A stretch of 64,000 nt of DNA from Chloropicon primus (GCA_023205875.1 CP060755.1:1612001-1676000); one strand, 5' to 3'. Counted from the stretch's first letter, positions 1-11,108 are shown. Program-made: numbers and translations. The notes: generated by a model not told the origin, from the sequence alone.

Positions 1-1
1 C

Positions 2-181
2 GCGTGCCCCATCTCGAGGGACCAGGCTTCCAGGGACGACCCTCCGATGATGCTCCTGTGCGGCCACGTCCTGTCCAAGCAGTCGGTGACGAAGCTGAAC
101 AAGAGCAACAGCAAACCATTCAAGTGCCCTTACTGCCCCTCGGAGCAAAAGTTCTCCGACTGCGTGGAGATCTCCTTTTGA
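2..181 (+). CDS. RMND5: 3' end of RMND5/GID2-like CTLH-complex RING E3 subunit (partial)
   Basis: Frame 2 (not in the ORF track) reads ACPISRDQASRDDPPMMLLCGHVLSKQSVTKLNKSNSKPFKCPYCPSEQ...SF*, the degenerate RING tail typical of Rmd5/RMND5. TGTAA follows at 236. Confidence 0.85.
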   Translation, partial: ACPISRDQASRDDPPMMLLCGHVLSKQSVTKLNKSNSKPFKCPYCPSEQKFSDCVEISF

Positions 182-297
182 GGGGAAAAAAGGCGTGTGT
201 GACTCAACTTCTCGATCCTTGCGCTCTTGCGCTCTTGTAATAATAATTGTAAGACTAAAACCAAAAACTGTCAACAAAAATCCTTTATGGATGTGAC

Positions 298-1161
298 TTA
301 TTCCGAGGAGGAGGAAGACATCGTGATTTGCCTCATGACCTGACCCGCGTACTGGAACGCCTTTCCGGTCTCGCCCACGCACTTTCCCTTCTCTTCCTCG
401 GACCACTCGCGGGCAATGTCCTCCAGCGAGTCCTTGACGCGCTTGGAGAGCTTGGAGACGGGCTCCGGGTAGTCGTGGTAAAAGTCCAGCTTACGCCCGT
501 CGAGAATCCTGTCCGAGACGGCCTTTCCGATCATCCTTCCGCCGGCGGTGTGAGCAAAGTACGTGTTGTAGTAGTGGCAGATGAAGCCCGGAAGGTTCTC
601 CTGACTCAGGGTCTTCAGGTAGGCCGAGTAATCGGACCCGGGGGACGCCTCGCCCTCCACGGCGACCGGCTGCACCTCGAGGCTCTCGATGTAAGCAATG
701 TCCTTCTCGAGCGCGCCGGCCCGCTCCAGGCCGTTCTCCAGCAGGAGCGAGAGCTCGGCCTTCTCCTTGACGATGTCCTCCATGGTCGAGAAGATGGCCC
801 GGGAGTCCACCAGGTAGCGGAGGTACCCTTCCAACGTCGGCTTGAACTCCGGCCGCTTCTTCGCCTTCTGACCCCCGCTCGCGGACTGGTCCTTGGTGTG
901 CAAGTTCATGGCCGCGCTCTTGAGGTCCTCGATGATGCTCGAGACCTCCCCCGCCGCCGAGGAGGTCCCCGTCTCCTCCAGGTCCGGCCTCGAGGCGAAC
1001 ACCACCATCGCCACCCCCCTCGCACCCGCATGGCAAGCGCACGCAGGTCTCCTTGCGCCGCTCAAGTTCCCACCGGGTCTCCGCAGATCCCTCCTGCACG
1101 GCGCACCCCGCACCCTCCCACCCCCAGCCCGCGTCGTCCTCCTCTTCACCACCCTCTCCAT
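298..1161 (-). CDS. HO1: Heme oxygenase 1 (plant HY1 type), probable plastid transit peptide
   Basis: AMNLHTKDQ (heme-ligand His), PTLEGYLRYLVDS, FICHYYNTYFAHTAGGRMIG. Arg-rich N-terminus. Confidence 0.92.
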   Translation of the reverse strand: MERVVKRRTTRAGGGRVRGAPCRRDLRRPGGNLSGARRPACACHAGARGVAMVVFASRPDLEETGTSSAAGEVSSIIEDLKSAAMNLHTKDQSASGGQKAKKRPEFKPTLEGYLRYLVDSRAIFSTMEDIVKEKAELSLLLENGLERAGALEKDIAYIESLEVQPVAVEGEASPGSDYSAYLKTLSQENLPGFICHYYNTYFAHTAGGRMIGKAVSDRILDGRKLDFYHDYPEPVSKLSKRVKDSLEDIAREWSEEEKGKCVGETGKAFQYAGQVMRQITMSSSSSE

Positions 1162-1394
1162 CGCGATACTCTCTTATCCGCTCGCTCTGGTCCCCTCTCT
1201 CTCTGGTCCACGTCTCTGGGCGAATAGCTTGAGGGCGTTACGACCACAAACGCAAACGCCCCGCTCCAGACAGAGCAGAGAGAGAGGGAGAGAGGGAGAG
1301 AGTTTGCTCTTGTTGCGCTTCTTTTGCTTTGCGGTGAGGGAGTTGGGTTGTGTCTCGAGGTGTGAGACCGATTTTGAGGGGGAAAGAGCGCGCG

Positions 1395-3434
1395 ATGGCG
1401 AGTAGCGAGAGGGAGGAGAACGAGTGGCCATCGGAGGAGGTGGAGATGAAGGCCGTGTCGGTGGATCTGGAGGAGGGCGGTGGTGTGAAGAGGGCCGTGA
1501 GCAACTCTTCGTTCATGCCAAAGCCGAGGACGCCCATGCGACTCGCGTTCGGTGAAGTGTGCACCTACGTGCCCGCCCAGTTCGAGGTGCCCGGCGTCCT
1601 GAACTCGTTGAAGAAGGCGGGCAAGGCGGTCAGGAGCGCCTTCTCGTCGGAGGTGGCGAGGGCTCCGGAGAGGCAGATCCTGCACAACATCACGGGGGTG
1701 GTGAACCCCGGGGAGGTCGTGGCCATCATGGGCCCCAGCGGCTCGGGGAAGACCACCTTCATCTCCCTCCTCGCGGGCAGGAACGGCCTGAGGACGACGG
1801 GGACCATCCTGTACAACGACCAGCACAAGCCCACCGACAAGACCTTCAAGCGCACGGTGGGGTTCGTGAGCCAGGAGGACGTCATGTTCGAGGGGCTCAC
1901 GGTGTTCGAGACCCTGTACTACACCGCGGTGCTCAGGCTGCCGAGGGCGATGACGGACGCGGAGAAGAGGGAGAGGGTGTACATCATCCTGGAGGTCTTG
2001 GGAATCAGCAAGGTGAAGGGCTCCATCATCGGTGGGTTCCGCGTGGGCAGGCGAGGCATCTCCGGCGGGGAGAAGAAGAGGGTGGCGATCGGTCAGGAGC
2101 TCCTGTACAACCCCTCCGTGATTCTGCTGGACGAGCCCACCTCCGGACTCGACTCCACCACCGCGCTCAACCTGATCGGGACCCTGGAGACCCTGGCTCA
2201 GGTCGGGAACCGCACCATCGTGACGACTATCCACCAGCCGTCCTCCAGGATCTACCAGATGCTGGACAAACTCCTGCTGATGGGTCAGGGTCACCTGCTC
2301 TTCTACGGAGATGCCTCGGCGGCCACGGACTACTTTGCCGAGATCGGGTACGCCATGCCGTACGGCATGAATCCCGCGGACTACTTTTTGGACGTCGCGT
2401 CCGGGTGGAGCGGCGACGGCGAGGACAGCGGCAGCACGAGCGCCACGGACCCCGAGCTCAAGGCCCTCCTTCGCGCGATCGAGGAGAAGCCCTACTCGAG
2501 GCCGGAGGTCGGGGAGGTGGTGCTGAACGAGTCCTACGGCCCGACCGCCGAGGCGTTTGGGCACCAGTGGAAGAACTCGATCGCGTACCGGGGCGAGGGC
2601 AAGGAGCTCCTGGGGCCGAGGTACCACACCCAAGTGTACGTCATCTGCGTCAGGTCACTGAAGGAGCGCAGGTTCGAGAGGTTCAGCTCGGATTCTCTCT
2701 TCACCGTCTTCTTCATGGCGATCTTGTGCGGAGTGCTTTGGTTCCAGGCAGGCGTGGGCGCCTCTCTGGCGACCTACGTGGGCGCCGGCGACGTCGCCGC
2801 CCTCCTGTTCTTCCTGGTCACCTTTTTGTCGTTCAACATCCTGTTCTCGTCGATCTTCACGTTCCCCAACGAGAAGAACATGCTGCTCAAGGAGAGGGAA
2901 GCGGGAATGTACCCGATCTCCGCCTTCTTCTTCGGCAGAACTCTCGCGGACATTCCCCTGGACACGCTGATCCCGGTGACGGTCACCACGATCATCTACG
3001 TCATGGCGGGCCTCAAGCCCACGGCCGGGGCCTTCTTCCTGACCCTCACGGTCGTCCTCATCACTTGCTTCACCGCGGGGTCCCTGGGTCTCCTGATCGG
3101 CGCCGCCTTCCTGAACTTGAAGAGGGCCCAGTCCGCGGCGACGGTGCTCATGCTGACGATTATGTTGACCGGAGGATTCTTCGTCAAGGACATCCCGGTC
3201 TGGCTTTCCTGGATCTCCTACCTCTCGTACATCCAGTACGCGTGGGACGCCCTGATCAACATTCACTTGAAGGGCAGAGTTCCCGTCTGCGCTGACCCGT
3301 CCAGCTGCGAGGGTCTCCTCGCCCAGATCCAGTACGGAAGCCTCGGAATGCAGTTCGGCATTCTCATGCTGATGCTGACGGTCCTGAGGTTTGCGGTGTA
3401 CCTCTCCCTTAGGTTCGGAGCCAAGAATCGCTGA
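1395..3434 (+). CDS. ABCG (White-type) half transporter, copy 1
   Basis: Walker A GPSGSGKTT, signature ISGGEKKR, LLDEPTSGLD, TIHQP, followed by a C-terminal multi-pass transmembrane domain (TMD). First ATG at 1395. Confidence 0.95.
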   Translation: MASSEREENEWPSEEVEMKAVSVDLEEGGGVKRAVSNSSFMPKPRTPMRLAFGEVCTYVPAQFEVPGVLNSLKKAGKAVRSAFSSEVARAPERQILHNITGVVNPGEVVAIMGPSGSGKTTFISLLAGRNGLRTTGTILYNDQHKPTDKTFKRTVGFVSQEDVMFEGLTVFETLYYTAVLRLPRAMTDAEKRERVYIILEVLGISKVKGSIIGGFRVGRRGISGGEKKRVAIGQELLYNPSVILLDEPTSGLDSTTALNLIGTLETLAQVGNRTIVTTIHQPSSRIYQMLDKLLLMGQGHLLFYGDASAATDYFAEIGYAMPYGMNPADYFLDVASGWSGDGEDSGSTSATDPELKALLRAIEEKPYSRPEVGEVVLNESYGPTAEAFGHQWKNSIAYRGEGKELLGPRYHTQVYVICVRSLKERRFERFSSDSLFTVFFMAILCGVLWFQAGVGASLATYVGAGDVAALLFFLVTFLSFNILFSSIFTFPNEKNMLLKEREAGMYPISAFFFGRTLADIPLDTLIPVTVTTIIYVMAGLKPTAGAFFLTLTVVLITCFTAGSLGLLIGAAFLNLKRAQSAATVLMLTIMLTGGFFVKDIPVWLSWISYLSYIQYAWDALINIHLKGRVPVCADPSSCEGLLAQIQYGSLGMQFGILMLMLTVLRFAVYLSLRFGAKNR

Positions 3435-3690
3435 GTGAGGAGACACACCGTGCGTCGTTGCTCACTGAGTGCGCACGTAAAAACATGTAAAATCATTCAA
3501 ATCCGTTTTTTCCTTGGTCCTCGTGTCCTTTTGTTCCCCCTTGGCCGACGATCTCCAGATCTCCCCCTGCCCATGACTCCCTTTTCTGCCAGATGGAGAT
3601 CAAGACGGAGATCAGGCGCCCCCCCCGGGGCGTGACCTGCGGGGGGCATAACGCCCGGCGCGATGATCGGCGGAGCCGGAGACAGAATTC

Positions 3691-5826
3691 ATGAGCGTGG
3701 CGGCGAACGACCACGACACGACCACGACAACGACCAACGTACTCGAGAACGAAAGCGATACGATGAGCACCAAGCTGTACGACGCCGCGAAGGCCGAGGC
3801 TGCGACGGTGGAACTCAAGGAGCTCGAGAGGCAGATCTCGCTCTCGAAGAGCCAGGCGAGCCTGGGCGACGTCGAGCAGGGGAGCATCGAGAGGACGAAC
3901 TCGTCCTTCATGCCCCAGCCGAAGGTTCCCATGCGACTCGCGTTCGGTGAAGTGTGCACCTACGTGCCCGCCCAGTTCGAGGTGCCCGGCGTCCTGAACT
4001 CGTTGAAGAAGGCGGGCAAGGCGGTCAGGAGCGCCTTCTCGTCGGAGGTGGCGAGGGCTCCGGAGAGGCAGATCCTGCACAACATCACGGGGGTGGTGAA
4101 CCCCGGGGAGGTCGTGGCCATCATGGGCCCCAGCGGCTCGGGGAAGACCACCTTCATCTCCCTCCTCGCGGGCAGGAACGGCCTGAGGACGACGGGGACC
4201 ATCTTGTACAACGACCAGCACAAGCCCACCGACAAGACCTTCAAGCGCCAGCTCGGGTACGTGAGCCAGGAGGACGTGCTCTTCGAGGGGCTCACGGTGT
4301 TCGAGACCCTGTACTACACCGCGGTGCTCAGGCTGCCGAGGGCGATGACGGACGCGGAGAAGAGGGAGAGGGTGGATGTCATCCTGGAGGTCTTGGGAAT
4401 CAGCCACGTCAAGGACTCCATTGTTGGTGGCGTTCGCATCGGCAGGCGCGGCATCTCCGGCGGGGAGAAGAAGAGGGTGGCGATCGGTCAGGAGCTCCTG
4501 TACAACCCCTCCGTGATTCTGCTGGACGAGCCCACCTCCGGACTCGACTCCACCACCGCGCTCAACCTCGTGCACACTTTGCACGATTTGGCTCAGGTCG
4601 GGAACCGCACCATCGTGACGACTATCCACCAGCCGTCCTCCAGGATCTACCAGATGCTGGACAAACTCCTGCTGATGGGTCAGGGTCACCTGCTCTTCTA
4701 CGGAGATGCCTCGGCGGCCACGGACTACTTTGCCGAGATCGGGTACGCCATGCCGTACGGCATGAATCCCGCGGACTACTTTTTGGACGTCGCGTCCGGG
4801 TGGAGCGGGGAGGCCAAGGACTGCGGCAACATGTGCGTGGGCGACCCCGAGCTCAAGACCCTCCTTCGCGCGATCGAGGACAAGCCCCACGTAAAGGGCG
4901 AGCTCGCTGAGGTCAAGTTGGCCAACGCCTATCCCGCGGCGGAGGAGGGCGTCGACCTCGTCGACGGCGACGGGCTGAAGGAGGCTGAGCCCTTGGGACC
5001 GACCTACTTGACGCAGATGCGCGTAATTTGCGTGAGATCCATCAAGGAGCGCAGGTTCGAGAGGTTCAACGTGGATTCCATCGGAACCGTGATCTTCATG
5101 GCGGTGCTGTGCGGGGTGCTTTGGTTCCAGGCGGGCGTGGGCGCCTCTCTGGCGACCTACAAGGGTGCCGGGGATGTCGGAGCACTCCTGTTCTTCCTCA
5201 TCGCCTTCATGTCCTTCAACCTGCTGTTCAACTCCATCTTCACGTTCCCAAACGAGAAGACTATGCTGCTCAAGGAGAGGGACGCCAAGATGTACCCGAT
5301 CTCCGCCTTCTTCTTCGCGAGGACTTTGGCGGACATACCCATGGACTTGGCGATCCCGATCGGGGCGACCACAGTGATCTACTTGATGGTCGGTCTCAAG
5401 CCAACGGTGGGAGCGTTCCTCCTGACGCAAGTTGTCGTCGTCATCACTTGCTTCACCGCCGCCTCCCTGGGTCTGCTCTTGGGGGCGGCCTTCCTGAACC
5501 TGAAGAGGGCGCAGACCGCTGCAACCATCGTCATGCTGACGCTGATGCTGACAGGAGGATTCTTCGTGCAGAACATTCCCGTGTGGCTGCAGTGGCTCCC
5601 CTACCTCTCGTACATGTCGTACGGGTGGGACGCCCTGCTGCACATCCAGCTGGCCGGAAGGGTCCCCGCCTGCCCCCCGGGCGAGGAGGACTGCGCCATG
5701 CTCAACATGGGCACTGTCAAGTTCGACACCTTGGGCCCCCAGTTCGGAATCATTCTCCTCATGATGGTCGTGTTCAGGTTCGGGGTGTACCTCTCCCTCA
5801 GGTGGGGAGCCAAGAACAACCGTTAA
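3691..5826 (+). CDS. ABCG half transporter, copy 2 (tandem paralog)
   Basis: Same NBD-TMD motifs. Long DNA tracts are identical to copy 1. Confidence 0.95.
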   Translation: MSVAANDHDTTTTTTNVLENESDTMSTKLYDAAKAEAATVELKELERQISLSKSQASLGDVEQGSIERTNSSFMPQPKVPMRLAFGEVCTYVPAQFEVPGVLNSLKKAGKAVRSAFSSEVARAPERQILHNITGVVNPGEVVAIMGPSGSGKTTFISLLAGRNGLRTTGTILYNDQHKPTDKTFKRQLGYVSQEDVLFEGLTVFETLYYTAVLRLPRAMTDAEKRERVDVILEVLGISHVKDSIVGGVRIGRRGISGGEKKRVAIGQELLYNPSVILLDEPTSGLDSTTALNLVHTLHDLAQVGNRTIVTTIHQPSSRIYQMLDKLLLMGQGHLLFYGDASAATDYFAEIGYAMPYGMNPADYFLDVASGWSGEAKDCGNMCVGDPELKTLLRAIEDKPHVKGELAEVKLANAYPAAEEGVDLVDGDGLKEAEPLGPTYLTQMRVICVRSIKERRFERFNVDSIGTVIFMAVLCGVLWFQAGVGASLATYKGAGDVGALLFFLIAFMSFNLLFNSIFTFPNEKTMLLKERDAKMYPISAFFFARTLADIPMDLAIPIGATTVIYLMVGLKPTVGAFLLTQVVVVITCFTAASLGLLLGAAFLNLKRAQTAATIVMLTLMLTGGFFVQNIPVWLQWLPYLSYMSYGWDALLHIQLAGRVPACPPGEEDCAMLNMGTVKFDTLGPQFGIILLMMVVFRFGVYLSLRWGAKNNR

Positions 5827-5918
5827 GTCATAATGTCATAATATATTATATTATTCATTTTGCAATTCGTGTTTTTTCTTCAAAGCCGAGTCCCTCGTCC
5901 AAAGATCAAGATTCGACG

Positions 5919-7265
5919 ATGAGGTCGACCTTCGACCGGCCATGCCACCGACTCCGCGCGCGACTGGTGCGCCCTCCAAGGAGTCGGCGGGTCGACGACG
6001 CGGGTCGGGAACCGAGCCGACATGCGGCGGTCAGGAGAAGCGGCGCTCCGCCTCCGTCGGCGGGGGCCGCGCTTTGCTCGAGGATTGGTGGTGCTCGTGT
6101 CTTGATGACAGCGCGGGCGACGAGGAAGGGGCCGACGACAGGGGGGGAGGAGAGCCTTGGGGCGGACGTGACCGCTGCTTACGGCGCGCTGTTCTTCACG
6201 CTGGTCGCGGGAAACGCGCCGGGCTTGCCAGGGAACATCCTGAGCCCTATGCCCTATTTCGCAGCGCTTGCGACGTGCAGCATCGTCATCGGGAGCAAGC
6301 GAGGGCTGCGGAACACTGAGGTCGAGATGATTTCCTTGAAGCAGGGAGCCACTGCGCCCATCTTCCTCAGCTTCTCCCTGGTCGGACTGTACACGCTGCA
6401 GCGCCTTGACATCTCCCTCGAGAGCTTCATCAACGGTTACTTCACAATTCTGGAAAGCGTCGCTGGCGTAACCTCTCTTTGGCCGCTTCACCAGGCTGCC
6501 GCGGCAAAGAGCGGGGTCCTTGGAAAGCCCGTGGGGACGATAGACTTGTCGTGGATCAGTCTCGAATCCGGGGAGACCCTCCCCAAGGAGTACGGCGTCA
6601 AGGCAGGTTCCGTCCTGTTGGTTTTGGGCTGCGTCGCGTTGGCCGTCGCCGATCGTTACGGTGGCGAGAACTTCACGCTCAATAACCTGGAGGCCTGCTT
6701 CATCGTCACGACGTGGCTGGAGCTCCTGGGAGTGAACTCCTTCAAGACGGCGGTTATTCTTCTCTTCGGGTTGCTGTTTTACGACGTCACGTGGGTGTTC
6801 GGCTCTCCCAAGATCCTTGAGCTGGCGAGCCGGCTCTTGGGAGGAGCGGGGGACTTCATGCCCAAGAACGGCAGCGTGATGGCTGACGTGGCCATGAGTC
6901 CGATGCTCTCGACGCCCACTAAATTTCTTTTCCCGCGGGCGAGTGCCTTGGCTTCGTCCTCGTCGTCGTCGGGGTTTGACTTCTCGCTCTTGGGGCTCGG
7001 CGACGTGCTCGTCCCGGGGCTCCTGATAGGCCTCCTCCTGAGGTTCGACGAGCAGGGATCGAAGGAGCAGAATTACTTCTCCAGCGCGCTGGCAGCGTAC
7101 TGCATCGGGCTCCTGGTCTCGTTCGCTGCTTCGATCGTCTCTAGCCAGGGTCAGCCGGCTCTGCTGTATTTGGTCCCTCTCACCGTGGGCACCGCTGTGT
7201 TCACGGCCTTCAAGGGGTCCGAGTTCGGTGACCTGTGGGACTACAAGGCGAGCTCCAAGAAGTAG
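5919..7265 (+). CDS. Signal peptide peptidase-like (A22B) intramembrane aspartyl protease
   Basis: LLFYDVTWVF (YD), SLLGLGDVLVPG (GxGD), GQPALLYLVP (PAL). Likely ATG at 5919 followed by an Arg-rich leader; the upstream part of the ORF-track ORF overlaps ABCG copy 2. Confidence 0.9.
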   Translation: MRSTFDRPCHRLRARLVRPPRSRRVDDAGREPSRHAAVRRSGAPPPSAGAALCSRIGGARVLMTARATRKGPTTGGEESLGADVTAAYGALFFTLVAGNAPGLPGNILSPMPYFAALATCSIVIGSKRGLRNTEVEMISLKQGATAPIFLSFSLVGLYTLQRLDISLESFINGYFTILESVAGVTSLWPLHQAAAAKSGVLGKPVGTIDLSWISLESGETLPKEYGVKAGSVLLVLGCVALAVADRYGGENFTLNNLEACFIVTTWLELLGVNSFKTAVILLFGLLFYDVTWVFGSPKILELASRLLGGAGDFMPKNGSVMADVAMSPMLSTPTKFLFPRASALASSSSSSGFDFSLLGLGDVLVPGLLIGLLLRFDEQGSKEQNYFSSALAAYCIGLLVSFAASIVSSQGQPALLYLVPLTVGTAVFTAFKGSEFGDLWDYKASSKK

Positions 7266-7332
7266 CGCGGGACCGACTCCAAGCAACAGTACACATTGTT
7301 TTCATATTACAAGTAATGTAAAAAAAAAGGCT

Positions 7333-8209
7333 CTAGTCATAAAAGTTCACGTCCAAGACGTCGTCCGAGTTTGAACCTCGTCTCGGCCCAGAACCTCCGT
7401 AGCCTTCATCCCCGAAGTCCTCGTCGCCGTTCGATTTGGAGGCCAAGCCGTACAGGTACCGGTACGCAAAAATGCCTGCGGGGTCCGGTCGCGCAAGACA
7501 GACCACAGACAGTCAAGTCAGTCAGTCAGTCAGTCAGTCGATCGGAACTCCATTTTCCACAACTTACCTGCAAAGCCCAGCACCGCGATGCCAAGGAAGA
7601 GACCGAGGAGCAGTTTGAGGGCACTCAAGGCCGCGATCACGAGGACCCCCCTCAAGAGCAGGGACACGGTCTCCTCGGGAACGTCCTGCAGAGGGGAACA
7701 GATTGATGTCAGCCAAACCCGTGGTCACAGCCAAACCGAGCGCGCGGAGGTGGAGAGAGGGCACGCCCTGAGCGCGAACTTACCACGAGGCTGAACTCCC
7801 TTATGATAGTCCGGGACAACTGTCCGATGAGGCCGTCGACTCGCTTGAAGAGCTCTTGCCCGAAAGTGGTGGCGCGAAACGCGAACTCGTTGTCCCACTC
7901 GCTCGCCCGCACTTCCCTCCGCCTCTTATCCTCGTCCTCTTCCCTGCGCTCCTCCTCGTCGTGGAACGAGACCCAGTCGCTCGTGCCACCCCCGCCGCCG
8001 ACACCACGCGGCCCCGGCCTCGCTCTCGCCCCCCGTCGTCCCACCTCTCCTCCAGCAGGAGGCCTGGAAGAAGAGGGACAACATCGACTCCGACGGTGAG
8101 AGTTCCCCGGCCGCGAGCACGCCCCGCCACTCCGCCGCCACTTTCCTTCTCCCTCAGGGAGCGTGGACGTCGCCTCCCCGAGCCCCCCCCCCCTCGTCGC
8201 CGTGTTCAT
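7333..8209 (-). CDS. Hypothetical membrane protein, 3 exons (8209-7784, 7685-7568, 7475-7333), possible plastid targeting
   Basis: GTAAG donors and YAG acceptors splice in frame to ...REFSLV|DVPEETVSLLLRGVLVIAALSALKLLLGLFLGIAVLGFA|GIFAYRYL...DDVLDVNFYD*. R/G/S-rich N-terminus. Confidence 0.65.
7511..7539 (-). repeat. (GACT)n microsatellite in intron 2 of the hypothetical gene
   Basis: agtcaagtcagtcagtcagtcagtcagtc on the + strand. Confidence 0.85.
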
Positions 8210-8299
8210 GGAGGCAAAGCGCTTCGCCCTTGGGCTGTGCTGGACTGGCCGCTCCTGGTTCCGGAGGCCGAGAGAGAGAGAGAGAAAAAAAACCAAAAG

Positions 8300-9629
8300 A
8301 TGGCGGACGCCGAGGGAGTCGTGAGCGCGTTGAGGGAGATAGACGGGGGGGTGGAGGTGCTGGAGCACGAGAACGTGCTGACGGTGGACGCGTGCGAGAA
8401 GGCATTGGCCGGAAAGGAGGGGCTGGCCATCGCGAAGAACCTTCTTCTCAAGGTAAAAAAACGTCCTTCCATTACGAGGCAGGAGGGGAACGACGACGAC
8501 GACGGAGGACCGGGACCGGAATGGGGTGGAGGTCTCGCTTCTGAGGGAGCTCTGGTCGTTCCGCGTGGCGGATTTGACCCATTGTGGATCGGCGACGTGT
8601 CCGAAGAAGCAAGCAAGCGCACGCACTGACTCTTCCTTTCTCCTCGGCCTCTTTCTTCTTCTTCCTCCTCCGCTCTGTTCTTTCCCCATCCTTTTTCTTT
8701 TGCAGGACAAGAACGGGAAGCTCATCCATATCGTCGCACTGAACTCGACTGAGATCGACATGAAAAGTGAGTTCGGGCGAAGAGGATCGCTCTGGTCGCC
8801 GAAACTCCGCGGTCTTTCGTGGTTGTGGACTCTCCGTTTCTGACTCTCGCCGTCTGCTGCTGCTTGTTCGATTCGCAGTGCTCTCACTGAGACTGGGACT
8901 CGGGAAGAAGCACCCCCGCATGGCTCCCGAGGAAGCCCTCTCGAAAATTTTCCAGGTGCCTGCGGGCTGCCTCACCCCCTTGGCCCTCTCCAGGCCGGAC
9001 ACCAAGAACGTCGTGGTCCTCCTGGACCAGAAGCTCAAGACCGAGGCCAGGGTCCTCTTCCATCCCCTGAGGAACGACAGGTCGGTGGTCATGTCCATGG
9101 ATGTGCTGGACAAGTACTTGAGGTGAGTCATCGCATCGTATAGAGTCATCGCCCCTCCCTCGGCAGACGACTGACTTTGGCGAATTCGGTTTTCTCTCGT
9201 CGCGCGCGCAGCCAATTCTGTGGGCGAAAGGGAACCTACGTGGACTTCGAGAAGAAGGACGTCAAGTTCGGCAAGGACAACCCCCCGGACCTGAAGCCGC
9301 TTCTGGACGCCGTTAAGGCCTACGAGTTTGCGCCCGAAGCCGCTGGATCGGCGGCGGCTCCGCAGAAGCAGTCCAAGTCTTCGAGCAAGAAGGGCAAGGG
9401 GAAGAAGAAGGAGGAGCCCAAGGGGAAGAAGGAGGGGGCCGGCGACCTCGCCGTCGACGACGTCCACGCCCTCCTCGCGGAGATCCAGGGCACCCTGATG
9501 AAAGGCGTCGCCCTGGACGAGAGGACCTACAAGGACCTCGAGTCCCGTCTCAACGCCTTCAAGAACGTCTCCTACACCCGCGGCTATACGGCGGCCAAGG
9601 CCGAGATCATCTCCTACATCAAGGCCTAA
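8300..9629 (+). CDS. YbaK/ProX-family prolyl-tRNA editing deacylase (ProXp-ala), 4 exons (8300-8452, 8706-8766, 8879-9122, 9212-9629)
   Basis: EHENVLTV, KNLLLK|DK, GCLTPLAL, FHPLRND. Plant-type C-terminal extension AFKNVSYTRGY. All three introns are GT-AG and in frame. Confidence 0.88.
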
Positions 9630-9682
9630 AGCGAAAGCGAAAGCGAAACCGTCGTCGTTAGTAATGTAAAGATGTGGCTCTG

Positions 9683-9710
9683 GTGTGTGTGTGTGTGTGT
9701 GTGTGTGTGT
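9683..9710. repeat. (GT)n microsatellite
   Basis: About 14 GT units in the intergenic DNA. Confidence 0.95.
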
Positions 9711-9854
9711 ACATTCATTATTATTGTTATACCCAATCCTCTGGCTCCGCCGGATCCATGCCCGGGCTTTCGCTTTTGCGCTTCAATCGAAAATGAAATT
9801 TCATTTTCCCGGATTTTTCCCGGTAACGCCTCGCCTCGGAAGATCAAACCATGG

Positions 9855-11108
9855 ATGGAAACGGAGCAGGAGGGCGGAGGAGGCGGAGGCCCCTCCTCCT
9901 CATTTCACGCGCGCATCACGATGTCGGCCCCCAAAGCGAAGAGGGCGTCGCCCAGGAGCGTCCTTGCGGACTTCTTCTCCCCCCGTCGGATCGACTTCCA
10001 CAAGGAGAAGGCGACGACCGTCGGCCTGAGCCAGGGCTACGTCTCCTTCGAGGACGAGGAGAAGAGCCAGTGGTACGGGAGCAAGGGCAAGGATTACCCG
10101 GAGCACGACCAGGCTCGGAGGGAGAGGGAGGCGAGGCGGGCGAAGGAGGCGAAGCGGGCGAAGGAGGCGAAGCTCCCGGCGACGAGGCAGCCGGACATCT
10201 TCGACGTCCTGGCCGAGAAGATCCAGCTGGCGTCCCTCAAGGGCATCCTGGACAAGGCCACGGACCCCGAGGGGTACTACGCGCCCAAGGAGAAGCACGT
10301 GGAGAAGGTCGTGAAGATGGCCAAGCATCCTGCCAAGGCCAAGGCGATCGCCGAGCACTTTGACGACGTCCTGAAGGCGTGCAGCAAGGGCTCGCTCACG
10401 AGGGCGGACTACGCGATCAAGATCATGAAGGTGTGCTACGTCCTCCACAGCGTGATGAAGAAGGGGACGGCCCAGGCCTACAGGAACGTGTTCGGGAACT
10501 ACCCGGACATCTTCGAGATCCCCCAGATCGCCCTGCCGAAGAGCATCCCGTCGTCCTGCGTTGAGGCGAGGATGGCGGTGGCGTACGCCGCCTACCTGAA
10601 CACCCGGGTCAAGCTGAGGCAGCATGACACCCTCCAGAGGCTCGGCGGGAGCGAGGAGGTCCTCTCGATCCACGGCCTCAGCAGCATCAGCGCCCTTGAC
10701 CTCTTCGAGAAGGGCCTGGCGTGCAGGTTCTACCGCAAGAGGGACCTGTCCAGCGTGTTCCCAAGGGACACCATCCACCTATTCCAGGCCCACATCGTGT
10801 CTGACCTCCTGGGGCACTTCGACAGGCTCGCGGCGGAGGTCGAGGAGAAGGGGGAGGCGTCCGGCTGCCCCGAGGCGATGGCCGAGCTCCTGGCCAAGAG
10901 GGAGCAGCAGTTCGTCGCCTGGGCCGAGCGCATGCAGGCCGCCAAGCACATGTGCGACGGGGAGTACACCTGCCTGGCGTCCATCCGCAGGTCCGTCCAG
11001 AGCAAGGAGAGGAGGCAGAAGGAGGAGGAGAGGGAGGAGGAGGAGAGGGCCAGGAAGGCGGCGGCGAGCCCCTTCAAGCCCCTCCCGGACCTCCTGGACC
11101 TGAGCTGA
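9855..11108 (+). CDS. ANTH/ENTH-like domain protein (putative clathrin adaptor)
   Basis: ILDKATD...APKEKHV...IKIMKVCYVLHSVMKKG resembles ANTH helices; C-terminal PDLLDL resembles clathrin-binding motifs. Start uncertain (9855 or 9921). Confidence 0.6.
   Translation: METEQEGGGGGGPSSSFHARITMSAPKAKRASPRSVLADFFSPRRIDFHKEKATTVGLSQGYVSFEDEEKSQWYGSKGKDYPEHDQARREREARRAKEAKRAKEAKLPATRQPDIFDVLAEKIQLASLKGILDKATDPEGYYAPKEKHVEKVVKMAKHPAKAKAIAEHFDDVLKACSKGSLTRADYAIKIMKVCYVLHSVMKKGTAQAYRNVFGNYPDIFEIPQIALPKSIPSSCVEARMAVAYAAYLNTRVKLRQHDTLQRLGGSEEVLSIHGLSSISALDLFEKGLACRFYRKRDLSSVFPRDTIHLFQAHIVSDLLGHFDRLAAEVEEKGEASGCPEAMAELLAKREQQFVAWAERMQAAKHMCDGEYTCLASIRRSVQSKERRQKEEEREEEERARKAAASPFKPLPDLLDLS

Noticed and set aside
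5028..5918. Apparent 745-aa ORF extending SPP upstream into ABCG copy 2
   Set aside because: Off-frame read-through of the ABCG gene and an AT-rich spacer; SPP more plausibly starts at 5919.
8453..8705. Long first intron of the ProX gene as a snoRNA host
   Set aside because: One weak hairpin, but no correctly placed H/ACA or C/D boxes found.
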